Source: a virus
Virus record (IMG/VR): IMGVR_UViG_3300045988_087505
Span: 1 to 56,562 of that record
DNA length: 56,562 nucleotides
Reading direction: 5' to 3' (one strand)
Part shown: positions 27,567 to 35,330 of the stretch, in pieces
Position numbering within the stretch: the first letter of the stretch is position 1
How the letters are laid out: every line of letters starts with the position of its first letter
Made by a program: the position numbers and the translations under genes
Notes under the pieces: generated by a model
What the model saw: the letters and a program-made list of their open reading frames with translations, nothing else
Told to the model about the DNA's origin: nothing
Databases searched by the model: none

Positions 27567-27887
27567 GTGATTTTTAGTATCAACGGCACTATTTGGCGTT
27601 TGGAATATAAAAATCCAAATGTGGACGAATTAAAGCGGTCAGATGGAACATTTGCATTTGGCGTGACAGATAGGAATGTGAACACAATCTATATTTCGTC
27701 CAAAATTCATGGTCCTTTTCTCCGGAAAGTCTGCATCCATGAAATTTGTCATGCAATCTGCATGTCTTACAATATTTTCCTGCCGATTGAGCAGGAAGAA
27801 ATACTCTGTGACTTTGTTGCCACACACGGAGAAGAAGTCTTTGAGATTGTAGACATGCTATTAAACACAGTTTGCCTGGTTGCATAA
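27567..27887 (+). CDS. Small HEXXH (zinc-metallopeptidase-like) protein
   Basis: IHEICHAI motif; GGAGGTG RBS; GTG start. Confidence 0.55.
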   Translation: MIFSINGTIWRLEYKNPNVDELKRSDGTFAFGVTDRNVNTIYISSKIHGPFLRKVCIHEICHAICMSYNIFLPIEQEEILCDFVATHGEEVFEIVDMLLNTVCLVA

Positions 27888-27891
27888 GAAA

Positions 27892-27919
27892 AACGAGCGG
27901 TAATTTATACCGCTCGTTT
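27892..27919. terminator. Bidirectional terminator between convergent genes
   Basis: AACGAGCGG-taatttata-CCGCTCGTT with T/A runs on both sides. Confidence 0.8.
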
Positions 27920-27922
27920 TGA

Positions 27923-28759
27923 TTAAACATTATACTTTTTTGGTGTTTTTCTTCCGTTTCCTTTTTCATATGGATGTACATAAACAACCTTGCCATTTTT
28001 GTAATGCCGAAAATGTCCCCGGACGGACCAGCACTCCATGATTCTAGTAACTTTTCGGCTTTTTATTTTGTTTACAGCCTTGTTGTTACTGGTTGTTATC
28101 CGAACACCGTTTAAGCGTACGACATGCTCTTTAGTTTCTTTCTGTCCTTTGCTTTCAGAATCTTTAGCCGGTTTTGTTTCTGCTCCGGATTCTGATTTTT
28201 CCGTGATTTTCTTTGAGATCTCCTTTTCTTCTGGATGCTCCATGAGGTAATTAAGCCATCCGTTTACATTTACGAATCCCAGAAAACTTTTTAACATTTC
28301 GCTTTTAGCTGCCGCCTCTAAATGGTCAAGAAGCTCCTTTTCTTTTCTTCCTTGTTTCTGAAAGATTTCAGTTACAGAATCTCTGTAATTGTTCATATAG
28401 TAGGAATCTTCTTTTTTTACCCTGTACGAAAGATAAAAGTCACAACTATAAAGCCATTCTTTTTTTGTTTCATGTTCTGAAACAATATAAGAATCCGCCT
28501 TAACCAACACTTCGTCTTCCAGCAATTCAGCATCAAACAAAATGTTTACACTGTACTCTGGATATTTAAGAGTAAATACTCCGGATTTTAAAACCGGAAT
28601 TATTAGGAAGTCTTCATGTTTGGCTATTTCTTCCATTTTCCCCAGGATAGCTGTATAACGTTTGAAATTAATTTCAATCCGGTCAAAATTCTTGGATTTT
28701 TCGTAAAGCTCATTCCCTCTTTTTTCTATCAAGAGGTTTACCTGCTTGAGTGTTTTCAT
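27923..28759 (-). CDS. Unknown 278-aa protein, second gene of an HTH-led operon
   Basis: 9-nt gap after the HTH gene. The basic C-terminus has WSVRGHFRHYKNGKVVYVHPYEKG. No domain recognised. Confidence 0.7.
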   Translation of the reverse strand: MKTLKQVNLLIEKRGNELYEKSKNFDRIEINFKRYTAILGKMEEIAKHEDFLIIPVLKSGVFTLKYPEYSVNILFDAELLEDEVLVKADSYIVSEHETKKEWLYSCDFYLSYRVKKEDSYYMNNYRDSVTEIFQKQGRKEKELLDHLEAAAKSEMLKSFLGFVNVNGWLNYLMEHPEEKEISKKITEKSESGAETKPAKDSESKGQKETKEHVVRLNGVRITTSNNKAVNKIKSRKVTRIMECWSVRGHFRHYKNGKVVYVHPYEKGNGRKTPKKYNV

Positions 28760-28768
28760 TTTACCTCC

Positions 28769-28996
28769 TTAAAAATACCTGATTTTTTCTTCATCAGTCG
28801 GGATAATCTCTATGATATCGCTAGGCTGACATTTAAGAATCAGGCAAAGAATATTAATCGTATTAGTCGTAATCCCTCTTCCTTCACGGATACTTTGCAA
28901 CGTAGCTTGACTAAGAATTTTATCATTTCTTAGCTTGGTTGGGGTGTATCCTCTTTTTGACAATTCATCCAAAATGTCTATTCTATATTTAAACAT
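28769..28996 (-). CDS. HTH_26/XRE-type transcriptional regulator
   Basis: MFKYRIDILDELSKRGYTPTKLRNDKILSQATLQSIREGRGITTNTINILCLILKCQPSDIIEI. AGGAGG RBS before the ATG at 28996. Confidence 0.8.
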   Translation of the reverse strand: MFKYRIDILDELSKRGYTPTKLRNDKILSQATLQSIREGRGITTNTINILCLILKCQPSDIIEIIPTDEEKIRYF

Positions 28997-29020
28997 TTCA
29001 ATTCCTCCTTTCTTTTGTTT

Positions 29021-29099
29021 AGTATACAAAAAAAGTTGTTGATAGTCAACAAAAAAAATAATAAAAATACTTGACATACACTAAAATTAGTGTTATTAT
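29021..29099. promoter_or_regulatory. Divergent promoters, each with its own palindromic operator
   Basis: Minus strand: TTGACT-17-TATACT, with TTGTTGA-tag-TCAACAA (29036-29052) over the -35. Plus strand: TTGACA (29071)-17-TATTAT, with ACACTAA-aa-TTAGTGT (29078-29093) in the spacer. Confidence 0.65.
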
Positions 29100-29160
29100 A
29101 ATGACAACGAAAGGGAACCGCCCAGAATACTCCCATTAAGGGGCGGAGATTGGAGAAAAT

Positions 29161-29454
29161 ATGATCAGTGTTAGCTTTATAGTAAGGGAAATTGAGGAAA
29201 TCTGCGGATATATTTCTATCCCAGACAAGGACGGGATTTATAGGCAGTTCGCTGTCATCCCGATGTCGGGAGTAAATAATGTTTTCGGCGGATATGCCAA
29301 CATAAAGTTGGTCAATGGTGCCGAAGAGCATTCAGGCGGACTGATGGATGTCTACGGACATCAGGTTCAGCCCGCATACGAGTACGAAGAGGAAGATGGA
29401 GTGACAACCAATGTGTTAGATCTCCATATCTTCTTAAATGAGAAGGCGGATTAG
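29161..29454 (+). CDS. Hypothetical protein (97 aa)
   Basis: GGAG RBS; leader hairpin CCGCCC...GGGCGG. Confidence 0.6.
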   Translation: MISVSFIVREIEEICGYISIPDKDGIYRQFAVIPMSGVNNVFGGYANIKLVNGAEEHSGGLMDVYGHQVQPAYEYEEEDGVTTNVLDLHIFLNEKAD

Positions 29455-29524
29455 TGAGAAAAGAGTTTTGTATGTGTTAATTATAGCTGTAATATCGGCT
29501 TGACGGTCAGAAAGTGAGGCAAAT

Positions 29525-29941
29525 ATGTTTGAAAAACTAACGAAACTGAATGGTAAGAACACAGTTTCAGATTTAATGATACGAAAATGCTACAATGGAG
29601 AATATGTTAAGGTTGATTGGCTGACATATTTTTATATGTGGGAATCCACTACAAGGTTAAGGTACACATATGAAAATATGCAATTGGATGCATTTTATTG
29701 TATGCATAATGTAATTCATTCTAGTGCTCTGCATTACTGGAAAGACAGTAAAGATAGTAACTGTTTCTATTTGCAAACAGTAAACTACACGCTAAATTCC
29801 AGTGTAGCTGAAATACATTTGTATCATATTAACAATTTTATTGCACGACGCGACCCGATTTGCTATTGCAGGGTAAAATATTGGAAAGAAGATAAAGGAT
29901 TTATAATATCAGACCATTCTTTTATAACAAAAATATATTAA
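29525..29941 (+). CDS. Hypothetical protein (138 aa, Y/W/C-rich)
   Basis: GAGG RBS; the terminator at 30017.. follows. Confidence 0.6.
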   Translation: MFEKLTKLNGKNTVSDLMIRKCYNGEYVKVDWLTYFYMWESTTRLRYTYENMQLDAFYCMHNVIHSSALHYWKDSKDSNCFYLQTVNYTLNSSVAEIHLYHINNFIARRDPICYCRVKYWKEDKGFIISDHSFITKIY

Positions 29942-30016
29942 AGGAGGCCAATTAAAATTTTGACAAGTACACGATTGTGGAAAAATAAGTAAACTTGTTA
30001 GCAGGAACAAACAGGA

Positions 30017-30056
30017 AAGGCAGACTGGATTTCGGTTCAGTCTGCCTTTACTTTAT
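30017..30056 (+). terminator. Intrinsic terminator
   Basis: AAGGCAGACTG-10 nt-CAGTCTGCCTT then TACTTTATT. Confidence 0.7.
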
Positions 30057-30102
30057 TAAAATTTTTTGATAAAATATCAAAAAAATAACAAAAGGAGAAA
30101 AT

Positions 30103-30894
30103 ATGAGAGAAGCAATAGAATTTATCGGAGCAGAAAATTTGGAAAGAATTGCTTTGGAGGTACATAAACCGGCACCGGCAATCTATCTTTTCGTAAGCAA
30201 AAAAGGAAATATTCTAACAGAAATCCGGAACGAAAGCCGGATATCCTTTAATAGCAAATACAAAATGATGGATTATTATTCTGAGCTGGTTTCCATGCAA
30301 AAACCAGTTGCAAGCAAATTAATCCTTAGTAATAACTGGATGACGTTTTTTTGCAGGAATGTTGAAAAACTAACAGAAAAAGATATGGATGATTATTTTG
30401 AAGCAACTGGGCTTCCGGAGGAATATGATTTTTTCAGAACAGCTGTAAAGGAAAACATATGGAAAGTTAAAAAGGGAAAATTGGAAATAGTAAAGTTTTT
30501 TCTGTTGGAAGACCCAGGAATGTACCGGGAGTTTGGATTAAGAAATTGGCTTGATAAAGCCATAAGCAAAAATATGACTCCGGCAAAATATAGAGGGATG
30601 GGATTTCCTGTAAGTTGCAGCTATAATCCTAAGAAACCTTATCAGAGGTCCAGAATGTATTTTGTGGATGAGGGTGAGGGTTTGCAAATAAAGCTTTTCC
30701 ATGATATTCTGAAAGGCTTGAAATATCGTGGATATAATATGCTAGTAGTTTCAGAGAATGTATTTATTCCGTTAAAGCCTGGGGAACTTCCAAGTACACC
30801 GGTACAAGCCGGAGTAATCATTGCGTTTGACGTGAAGCATGGCAATGCCCAGATAATTCATATGGACACAATAAATTATAAACCATGGTTATAG
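30103..30894 (+). CDS. Hypothetical protein (263 aa)
   Basis: AAGGAG RBS. The palindrome TTTTTTGATA-aaa-TATCAAAAAA lies upstream at 30061-30083. Confidence 0.65.
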   Translation: MREAIEFIGAENLERIALEVHKPAPAIYLFVSKKGNILTEIRNESRISFNSKYKMMDYYSELVSMQKPVASKLILSNNWMTFFCRNVEKLTEKDMDDYFEATGLPEEYDFFRTAVKENIWKVKKGKLEIVKFFLLEDPGMYREFGLRNWLDKAISKNMTPAKYRGMGFPVSCSYNPKKPYQRSRMYFVDEGEGLQIKLFHDILKGLKYRGYNMLVVSENVFIPLKPGELPSTPVQAGVIIAFDVKHGNAQIIHMDTINYKPWL

Positions 30895-30899
30895 AAAAA

Positions 30900-30930
30900 G
30901 GGAGCTGAATAAATCAGCTCCCTTTTTATT
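30900..30930. terminator. Intrinsic terminator
   Basis: GGGAGCTGA-ataaa-TCAGCTCCC followed by TTTTT. Confidence 0.8.
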
Positions 30931-31053
30931 TAATAAAAATAAATGTGTCAATACGCCTTGCGTTGTGGTTTATCAATTCTATGAGAATAAGTATTTCAAA
31001 ACACCATGTGTTGTTTTTTATTGAATATAAGATACCACTTTACAATCTATTTG

Positions 31054-31758
31054 TCAACCATTTTTTTTAATTTTTTTCCATTTCTCCGGGTAATTTTCAG
31101 CATACCAATCAATAAAATTACCAAAAAGATTTTCTTCTGCGATTTTTCTAGCTTCTATGGCATCTTCTTTTTTATCATAAGAACCGAGATTATAATTTTT
31201 CCCTTTGAATTCAATTTGTGCCACCCATTTAGATCTATCTTTTTTATAAACAACTCCTTTAAATCCCGAAGTATTGTTTGAAGGAATTTTTTTGTATAGT
31301 TGCGAAATAGAAGTTCCTTCGATGCAATACAGTTCATTAGATTTGCCCGCTAGTTCTTTTATAAGATTCGTTCTGATGCAACCGCAACTTTTTGAGTTCC
31401 CGGCAACTAAAGAATTGTAAGGGATTTCTTTTTCATTTCCACAATCACATTTACATAGCCATATTACCGAACCAAAGGGATTTCTTTTTTCAGTTGGGTG
31501 CAATGCTGTTAATTTTCCAAATTTTTTTCCACTTATATCTTTTTTAGCATAATAATTGTTTTTCTTGTTTTGACATCCGCAACTAAAAACTTTTTTATTA
31601 TCCAAAGAATCTTTTCTCATCCATTTTTTACACTTGCAAAACGGACAAACAACGTAAAGATAAGTTCTTCTATTTTCAGTTTTACAGTCAAGTACCTGGA
31701 ATCCATTGTACTCTTTTCCAACAAGGTCTTTGGCTAATATTCTCTTTTTCTTTTCCAT
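31054..31758 (-). CDS. AP2-domain DNA-binding protein with N-terminal Cys4 repeats
   Basis: SGFKGVVYKKDRSKWVAQIEFKGKNYNLGSYDKKEDAIEARKIAE (AP2/ERF-type). Two CPFCKC...CGC / CKCDCG...CGC modules. Confidence 0.75.
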   Translation of the reverse strand: MEKKKRILAKDLVGKEYNGFQVLDCKTENRRTYLYVVCPFCKCKKWMRKDSLDNKKVFSCGCQNKKNNYYAKKDISGKKFGKLTALHPTEKRNPFGSVIWLCKCDCGNEKEIPYNSLVAGNSKSCGCIRTNLIKELAGKSNELYCIEGTSISQLYKKIPSNNTSGFKGVVYKKDRSKWVAQIEFKGKNYNLGSYDKKEDAIEARKIAEENLFGNFIDWYAENYPEKWKKIKKNG

Positions 31759-31977
31759 AAATTTTCCTCCAAAAAATTTGGTAAATCTTTTTGATACCCC
31801 CCTACCTTTGCTTTCCTAGTTGAAAAACCAGTTTCAGAACTGTTAAAATTTTTCCGAAAATTCCGGAAAAATTATTTTCTGAAATTTTGATTCTGAACCG
31901 GCTAAAAACATCCCGAAAATCCGCAATTCGCCCTGTGTTCTAGCAGGCTTTGACAGGGCAACAGAAGAAGAGAGGAT

Positions 31978-32688
31978 TTACTGCCTCTCTTCCGAAACTT
32001 TATCTTTTATTTTTTTGTAAATACTTGTCCTTCTGTTTACCACTCCGCCATAGCATTTTATTGCATATTTGCTAGGTTCTTTAACAAACAAATAGACGTA
32101 CTCCCACCTCCAATGGGTGTTTGGAAGATTTGTCCATTGTTCTATCTTCCACTTGTCATTTTTTATAATTTTTTCCACTGCTGAATTAAATGTGCTTTCT
32201 AAATCCATCTTACCTTCTGCAAATCTCTTAACAACACCATCCAGCGTTTTTAATTTCAGGACTTGCGAATTGTAGACAACATTTAATTTCAGAAATGCAT
32301 CATCCGCCTTTTCGGATACGATTTTTTCAAAATCAGCGTCCGGATTTTTTACGGATTTTTTTCGTGGCTTTCTCTTTTCTACAATTTTTACAAAATCTTC
32401 TTTTGTAAAATTAAGAATAAGTGCTTCGCTGATTTCGTAGAAATTTGTCGTATTGTAAAGGGCGCCTGTGTGGTGCCATGCGGTATATCGCAAGAAGCTA
32501 TCCTTCAGCTCCTGCAATCTTAACTTACCGAAATCCACTTCCGGCTCTTTTTCGTTGTATTCGAAAATTTCCGAAATACTAGATAATATTTCCTTTTTTG
32601 TCCATTTTGAAAGCGGCTTCTGCCCTTTCACGTAAGCAGCCAATGCATTTCTGCTCATCTGTTTTCCAATATATCCTTTTCCTTCCAT
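31978..32688 (-). CDS. Hypothetical protein (236 aa)
   Basis: Consensus promoter TTGCAA-17-TATAAT (32743..32715, minus strand), with the inverted repeat TTTTCGCA...TGCGAAAA over the -35. AGGAGG RBS. Confidence 0.65.
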   Translation of the reverse strand: MEGKGYIGKQMSRNALAAYVKGQKPLSKWTKKEILSSISEIFEYNEKEPEVDFGKLRLQELKDSFLRYTAWHHTGALYNTTNFYEISEALILNFTKEDFVKIVEKRKPRKKSVKNPDADFEKIVSEKADDAFLKLNVVYNSQVLKLKTLDGVVKRFAEGKMDLESTFNSAVEKIIKNDKWKIEQWTNLPNTHWRWEYVYLFVKEPSKYAIKCYGGVVNRRTSIYKKIKDKVSEERQ

Positions 32689-32835
32689 TTCTTTTTCTTT
32701 TCCTCCTTTTTTAAATTATATCATTTTTTCGCAAATTTTGCAATGCGAAAAGGGGCTTACGGAACTGCAACATTCTTTAATTGTCAGCTCCGCAATATAT
32801 CCCCTATATTCAATATTCCCCGGTTATCCGGGTAA

Positions 32836-32878
32836 AAGCAAGCCGGGGAATCGAACCCCGGAAAAGCCATCCTTGCTT
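32836..32878 (-). other. tRNA minihelix-like hairpin (acceptor-like stem plus a perfect T-arm consensus); probably acts as a terminator
   Basis: Minus strand reads AAGCAAG-gatggctttt-CCGGGG-TTCGATT-CCCCGG-CTTGCTT then TTTAC. Confidence 0.5.
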
Positions 32879-33152
32879 AATTTGCTAAAATCATGCGCGC
32901 CGTATTAAATACATACAATCTGTTGTAGCTATGGCGTTTAAAATCTCCATTTTCGGCAATCACGCGTCCGCTATTTGGGTATTTAAGGCTAAAAACAATT
33001 AAATACTTTTCTAATAGTTCATCGGGACACTTTAAGCACTCTATAGCGTTTTCTATTGCGCTTTTCTTGCTATTGTAATAAATGCCCTCAATGCGTACAC
33101 GCTTTTCTTTTTCCAACTCCTCAAATTCTTTCATAAGCTCTGCTTTTGTCAT
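32877..33152 (-). CDS. Hypothetical protein (~91 aa)
   Basis: ORF track 32877..33164. The second ATG is better spaced from AAAGGA. Confidence 0.55.
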   Translation of the reverse strand: MTKAELMKEFEELEKEKRVRIEGIYYNSKKSAIENAIECLKCPDELLEKYLIVFSLKYPNSGRVIAENGDFKRHSYNRLYVFNTARMILAN

Positions 33153-33237
33153 AAAATCAACCATCCTTTCATTGTGCGCCCTGTCTCATCAGTGCAGGTG
33201 GGGCAGTTCCTGCAGACCGCCGGGCGGCGGTTTCGAC

Positions 33238-33399
33238 TTAGTTATAAAACATTTCTTGCATGATTTCGCAACGCTCTAAATCGGATTTGCTCCGGTGCAT
33301 TTCCTTGTAGTCTTTTTCAGCTTTCGCCCGCGCTTCTTTCTTTGTATATCCGCGGTATCTCCAAAGATCATATAATTCCTCTATTGTCCAATTCTTCAT
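33238..33399 (-). CDS. Small hypothetical protein (53 aa; MKNWTIEELYDLW...)
   Basis: AAAGGA RBS 6 nt upstream of the ATG at 33399. The longer track ORF translates a GC-rich hairpin region. Confidence 0.5.
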   Translation of the reverse strand: MKNWTIEELYDLWRYRGYTKKEARAKAEKDYKEMHRSKSDLERCEIMQEMFYN

Positions 33400-33476
33400 A
33401 TTTTTCCTTTCTGGTCTGCCATCATCAGAGCCGGGAGACCATCTCGCGGCTGACGCTCCACCTTGGAGCGTTTCGG

Positions 33477-33731
33477 CTAATATCTGCAAGGCTTTTCATA
33501 GCGGATGACCGCTACCGTCTCGCCCGTGCTTGCAAGTGTTCCCCAGCCGTTCCACATTGGACCATTTAAACCTAATAATTTAGGCTGGTTATATAGTTCT
33601 TCTCTCTGGCTTTCTGCAAGTCTGCCGTTATTATAGCCATAAACAAGGCTTTCAAACTCTTCTACTGTTTTTATTTCTTCTGGTAAATCATATACACAGG
33701 TATTTCCGTTTTCCAATGTTCCGATAATCAT
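33477..33731 (-). CDS. Hypothetical protein (84 aa)
   Basis: First gene of the minus-strand operon, divergent from the HTH gene. Confidence 0.55.
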   Translation of the reverse strand: MIIGTLENGNTCVYDLPEEIKTVEEFESLVYGYNNGRLAESQREELYNQPKLLGLNGPMWNGWGTLASTGETVAVIRYEKPCRY

Positions 33732-33784
33732 ATTTTTTACCTTACCGCTTGCTGCGGTTCCTTTCTTTATTTTGTAGTTTAATT

Positions 33785-33836
33785 ATATCACTTTTTTAAG
33801 TTATGTCAAGCGGTTTTTAACTTTTTTAAGTGATAT
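33785..33836. promoter_or_regulatory. Operator-like inverted repeat in the divergent promoter region
   Basis: ATATCACT (33785-33792) and AGTGATAT (33829-33836), each adjoining a TTTTTTAAG direct repeat. Confidence 0.5.
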
Positions 33837-33896
33837 TTTTATTTACTTTTCTAGTAAAATGTGTTATATTCTTTCTATAAAAAAGGAGGTAAAAAA

Positions 33897-34133
33897 ATGA
33901 TTAAATACAAGTTTAATATTGGGGATGCACTGGAACGAGTAGGATTTAACAGTTACAAAGCACGAAGCACTGGAATTTTAAGCCAGGACACGCTTAAAAA
34001 ATTAAAAAATGAGGATACGGGGATTACGTTAAAAAGCATAAACAATATCTGTATGCTTTTAGACATGCAGCCCAAGGATCTATTTTTTTACACAGAAGAA
34101 AAGGAGGATGCAGAACTAAAAAAGAAATTATAA
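33897..34133 (+). CDS. HTH_26/XRE-type transcriptional regulator (paralogue class of 28769..28996)
   Basis: MIKYKFNIGDALERVGFNSYKARSTGILSQDTLKKLKNEDTGITLKSINNICMLLDMQPKDLF; AGGAGG RBS. Confidence 0.8.
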   Translation: MIKYKFNIGDALERVGFNSYKARSTGILSQDTLKKLKNEDTGITLKSINNICMLLDMQPKDLFFYTEEKEDAELKKKL

Positions 34134-34151
34134 AAAAAATTAAAATAGCAC

Positions 34152-34180
34152 TTGAAAAAGTGATAAACATATGCTATAAT
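34152..34180 (+). promoter_or_regulatory. Promoter of the structured leader and 34358.. gene
   Basis: TTGAAA, 17 nt, TATAAT. Confidence 0.6.
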
Positions 34181-34186
34181 ACAAAA

Positions 34187-34357
34187 TGTAAGGAAAAGAA
34201 ATCCTTACAGCGGAGTTGCTACCGCTTAGAGTTTAGCAACAGCGACCAGGAACGGCTAAAGATTCCTGGGGTGCAAATCCGACAGAGCAGCAAAAATAAA
34301 ACCGGAAGAGCCGGAGCAATAAAAACAAAAAAGAAAGGACCGCCCAGGACGGGCGGA
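34187..34357 (+). ncRNA. ~170-nt highly structured 5' leader / candidate cis-regulatory RNA
   Basis: Hairpin GTAAGGA/TCCTTAC; H-type pseudoknot AGCGG/CCGCT interleaved with GTTGCTA/TAGCAAC; hairpin CCAGGAA/TTCCTGG; hairpin CCGCCC/GGGCGG abutting the ATG. Confidence 0.45.
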
Positions 34358-34861
34358 ATGGTGGTAAAAATGAAATTAGAAGAGGTATTAAAAACAGGAA
34401 AAGTAACAACAGTAGCAGAAGCAAAGACTTTTACAGATGCGGCAACATTTGTAAAAGGGGATAACAACACAGGGGACTTCCGCGTTGCTTTACCGGCTGG
34501 CTTTGCGGAGATTTATGGAAAACAGGTAGAGGAGAACGGAGAACTTGTCTTTAAAGCAGATTTTCCACAGGAAATCCGCTTCTACGGCAAGGACATGGAG
34601 GAATGCAGCTATGAAGTTGCATCAAATCCTGTCCGGTATGCACAGGAAAAAGGATGCGGATACTACCCGGAACTCTCTGTCGGGGAGGTCGTAGAACTTA
34701 ATGATGTTTGGGATGGAGAGGGAGAGTGTCCGCTGGAAAGTGGCAGCTACTCCTACAAAATCCAGGATGACAGCTGGATAAACTACGTTTTTGACGTAGT
34801 AGAATCGGCAGAAAACGAGCTGGATACAATTGTAAAAATTACAGCAATAGAGTTGCTGTAG
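34358..34861 (+). CDS. Hypothetical acidic protein (~167 aa)
   Basis: The start is taken at the ATG at 34358 (or 34370). The upstream part of track ORF 34160.. is the structured leader. Confidence 0.6.
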   Translation: MVVKMKLEEVLKTGKVTTVAEAKTFTDAATFVKGDNNTGDFRVALPAGFAEIYGKQVEENGELVFKADFPQEIRFYGKDMEECSYEVASNPVRYAQEKGCGYYPELSVGEVVELNDVWDGEGECPLESGSYSYKIQDDSWINYVFDVVESAENELDTIVKITAIELL

Positions 34862-34909
34862 AAAGGAGCAGAAAATAAGAGTTGCCGACCATTTTAATTT
34901 TTAAAAATT

Positions 34910-34938
34910 AGCACCAGTTTTTCTGGTGCTTTTCTTTA
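34910..34938 (+). terminator. Intrinsic terminator
   Basis: AGCACCAG-ttttt-CTGGTGCT followed by TTTCTTT. Confidence 0.75.
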
Positions 34939-35027
34939 CGTCTGAAAAATTTATAAAACTTTTAGATTTTTTATAAATGGTTTACAATTTAAAAATAATT
35001 AAAATAAATCAAGAGATACAATAATCT

Positions 35028-35130
35028 GTTATACCCCATGTATGGGGTATATTTTTTTTCTGATACCCCATGTATGCATCTGTTTTCTGTATCTCTGTTT
35101 ATATGTATATTATTTTATATTAAATTAATT
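35028..35130 (+). repeat. Copy B of the non-coding direct repeat shared with 5107..5190 (with an internal duplication of ATACCCCATGTATG)
   Basis: See copy A. ATACCCCATGTATG occurs at 35041 and at 35073. Confidence 0.75.
35041..35069 (+). terminator. Strong intrinsic terminator built from the first ATACCCCAT copy
   Basis: ATACCCC-atgtat-GGGGTAT followed by ATTTTTTTT. Confidence 0.8.
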
Positions 35131-35179
35131 CTATATAGTATATATAATATATAAGGCATTAAATATTAAAAAATCATAC

Positions 35180-35208
35180 TTGACATTTAGAATTAAATGT
35201 TTTATAAT
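35180..35208 (+). promoter_or_regulatory. Consensus promoter of the late (packaging/structural) operon
   Basis: TTGACA, 17 nt, TATAAT. Confidence 0.7.
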
Positions 35209-35242
35209 ACGCAACATAAACAACTAAATAAACACAAACGCA

Positions 35243-35302
35243 AGAGGAAATGTATAAAAACTATAAGCTTATAGTTTAAACTATGTTTCCTCTTTTTGTT
35301 TT
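35243..35302 (+). terminator. Promoter-proximal leader terminator upstream of terS (candidate antitermination target)
   Basis: Outer stem AGAGGAAA/TTTCCTCT, inner stem AAACTATAAGC/GCTTATAGTTT, then TTTTGTTTT. Confidence 0.65.
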
Positions 35303-35330
35303 AAATTAAGAGATTGGAGGTGTTCCAGAA

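Noticed and set aside
31006-31337. The plus-strand ORF 31006..31281 and the minus-strand alternative frame 31155..31337 might be genes.
   Set aside because: Both overlap the AP2-domain gene. The F/I-rich product is typical of the antisense of an AT-rich, K-rich gene.
32843-32861. The perfect T-arm consensus might be a genuine tRNA gene or a tRNA-type attP core.
   Set aside because: There is no D arm or anticodon arm between the flanking stems. The phage integrase is also a large serine recombinase, a class that does not typically target tRNA 3' ends. The element is kept only as a tRNA-derived hairpin.
34160-34357. The ORF-track start at 34160 might give a 233-aa protein. Separately, the GGTGCAAATCC / GGGGTGC strings might mark a cobalamin or TPP riboswitch.
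   Set aside because: The N-terminal extension translates to K/R/G-rich low-complexity sequence over stacked hairpins, and a TATAAT promoter sits inside it. I could not find the other conserved cores of the B12 or TPP aptamers (no B12 box, no CTGAGA...ACCC pairing), so no named riboswitch class is claimed.
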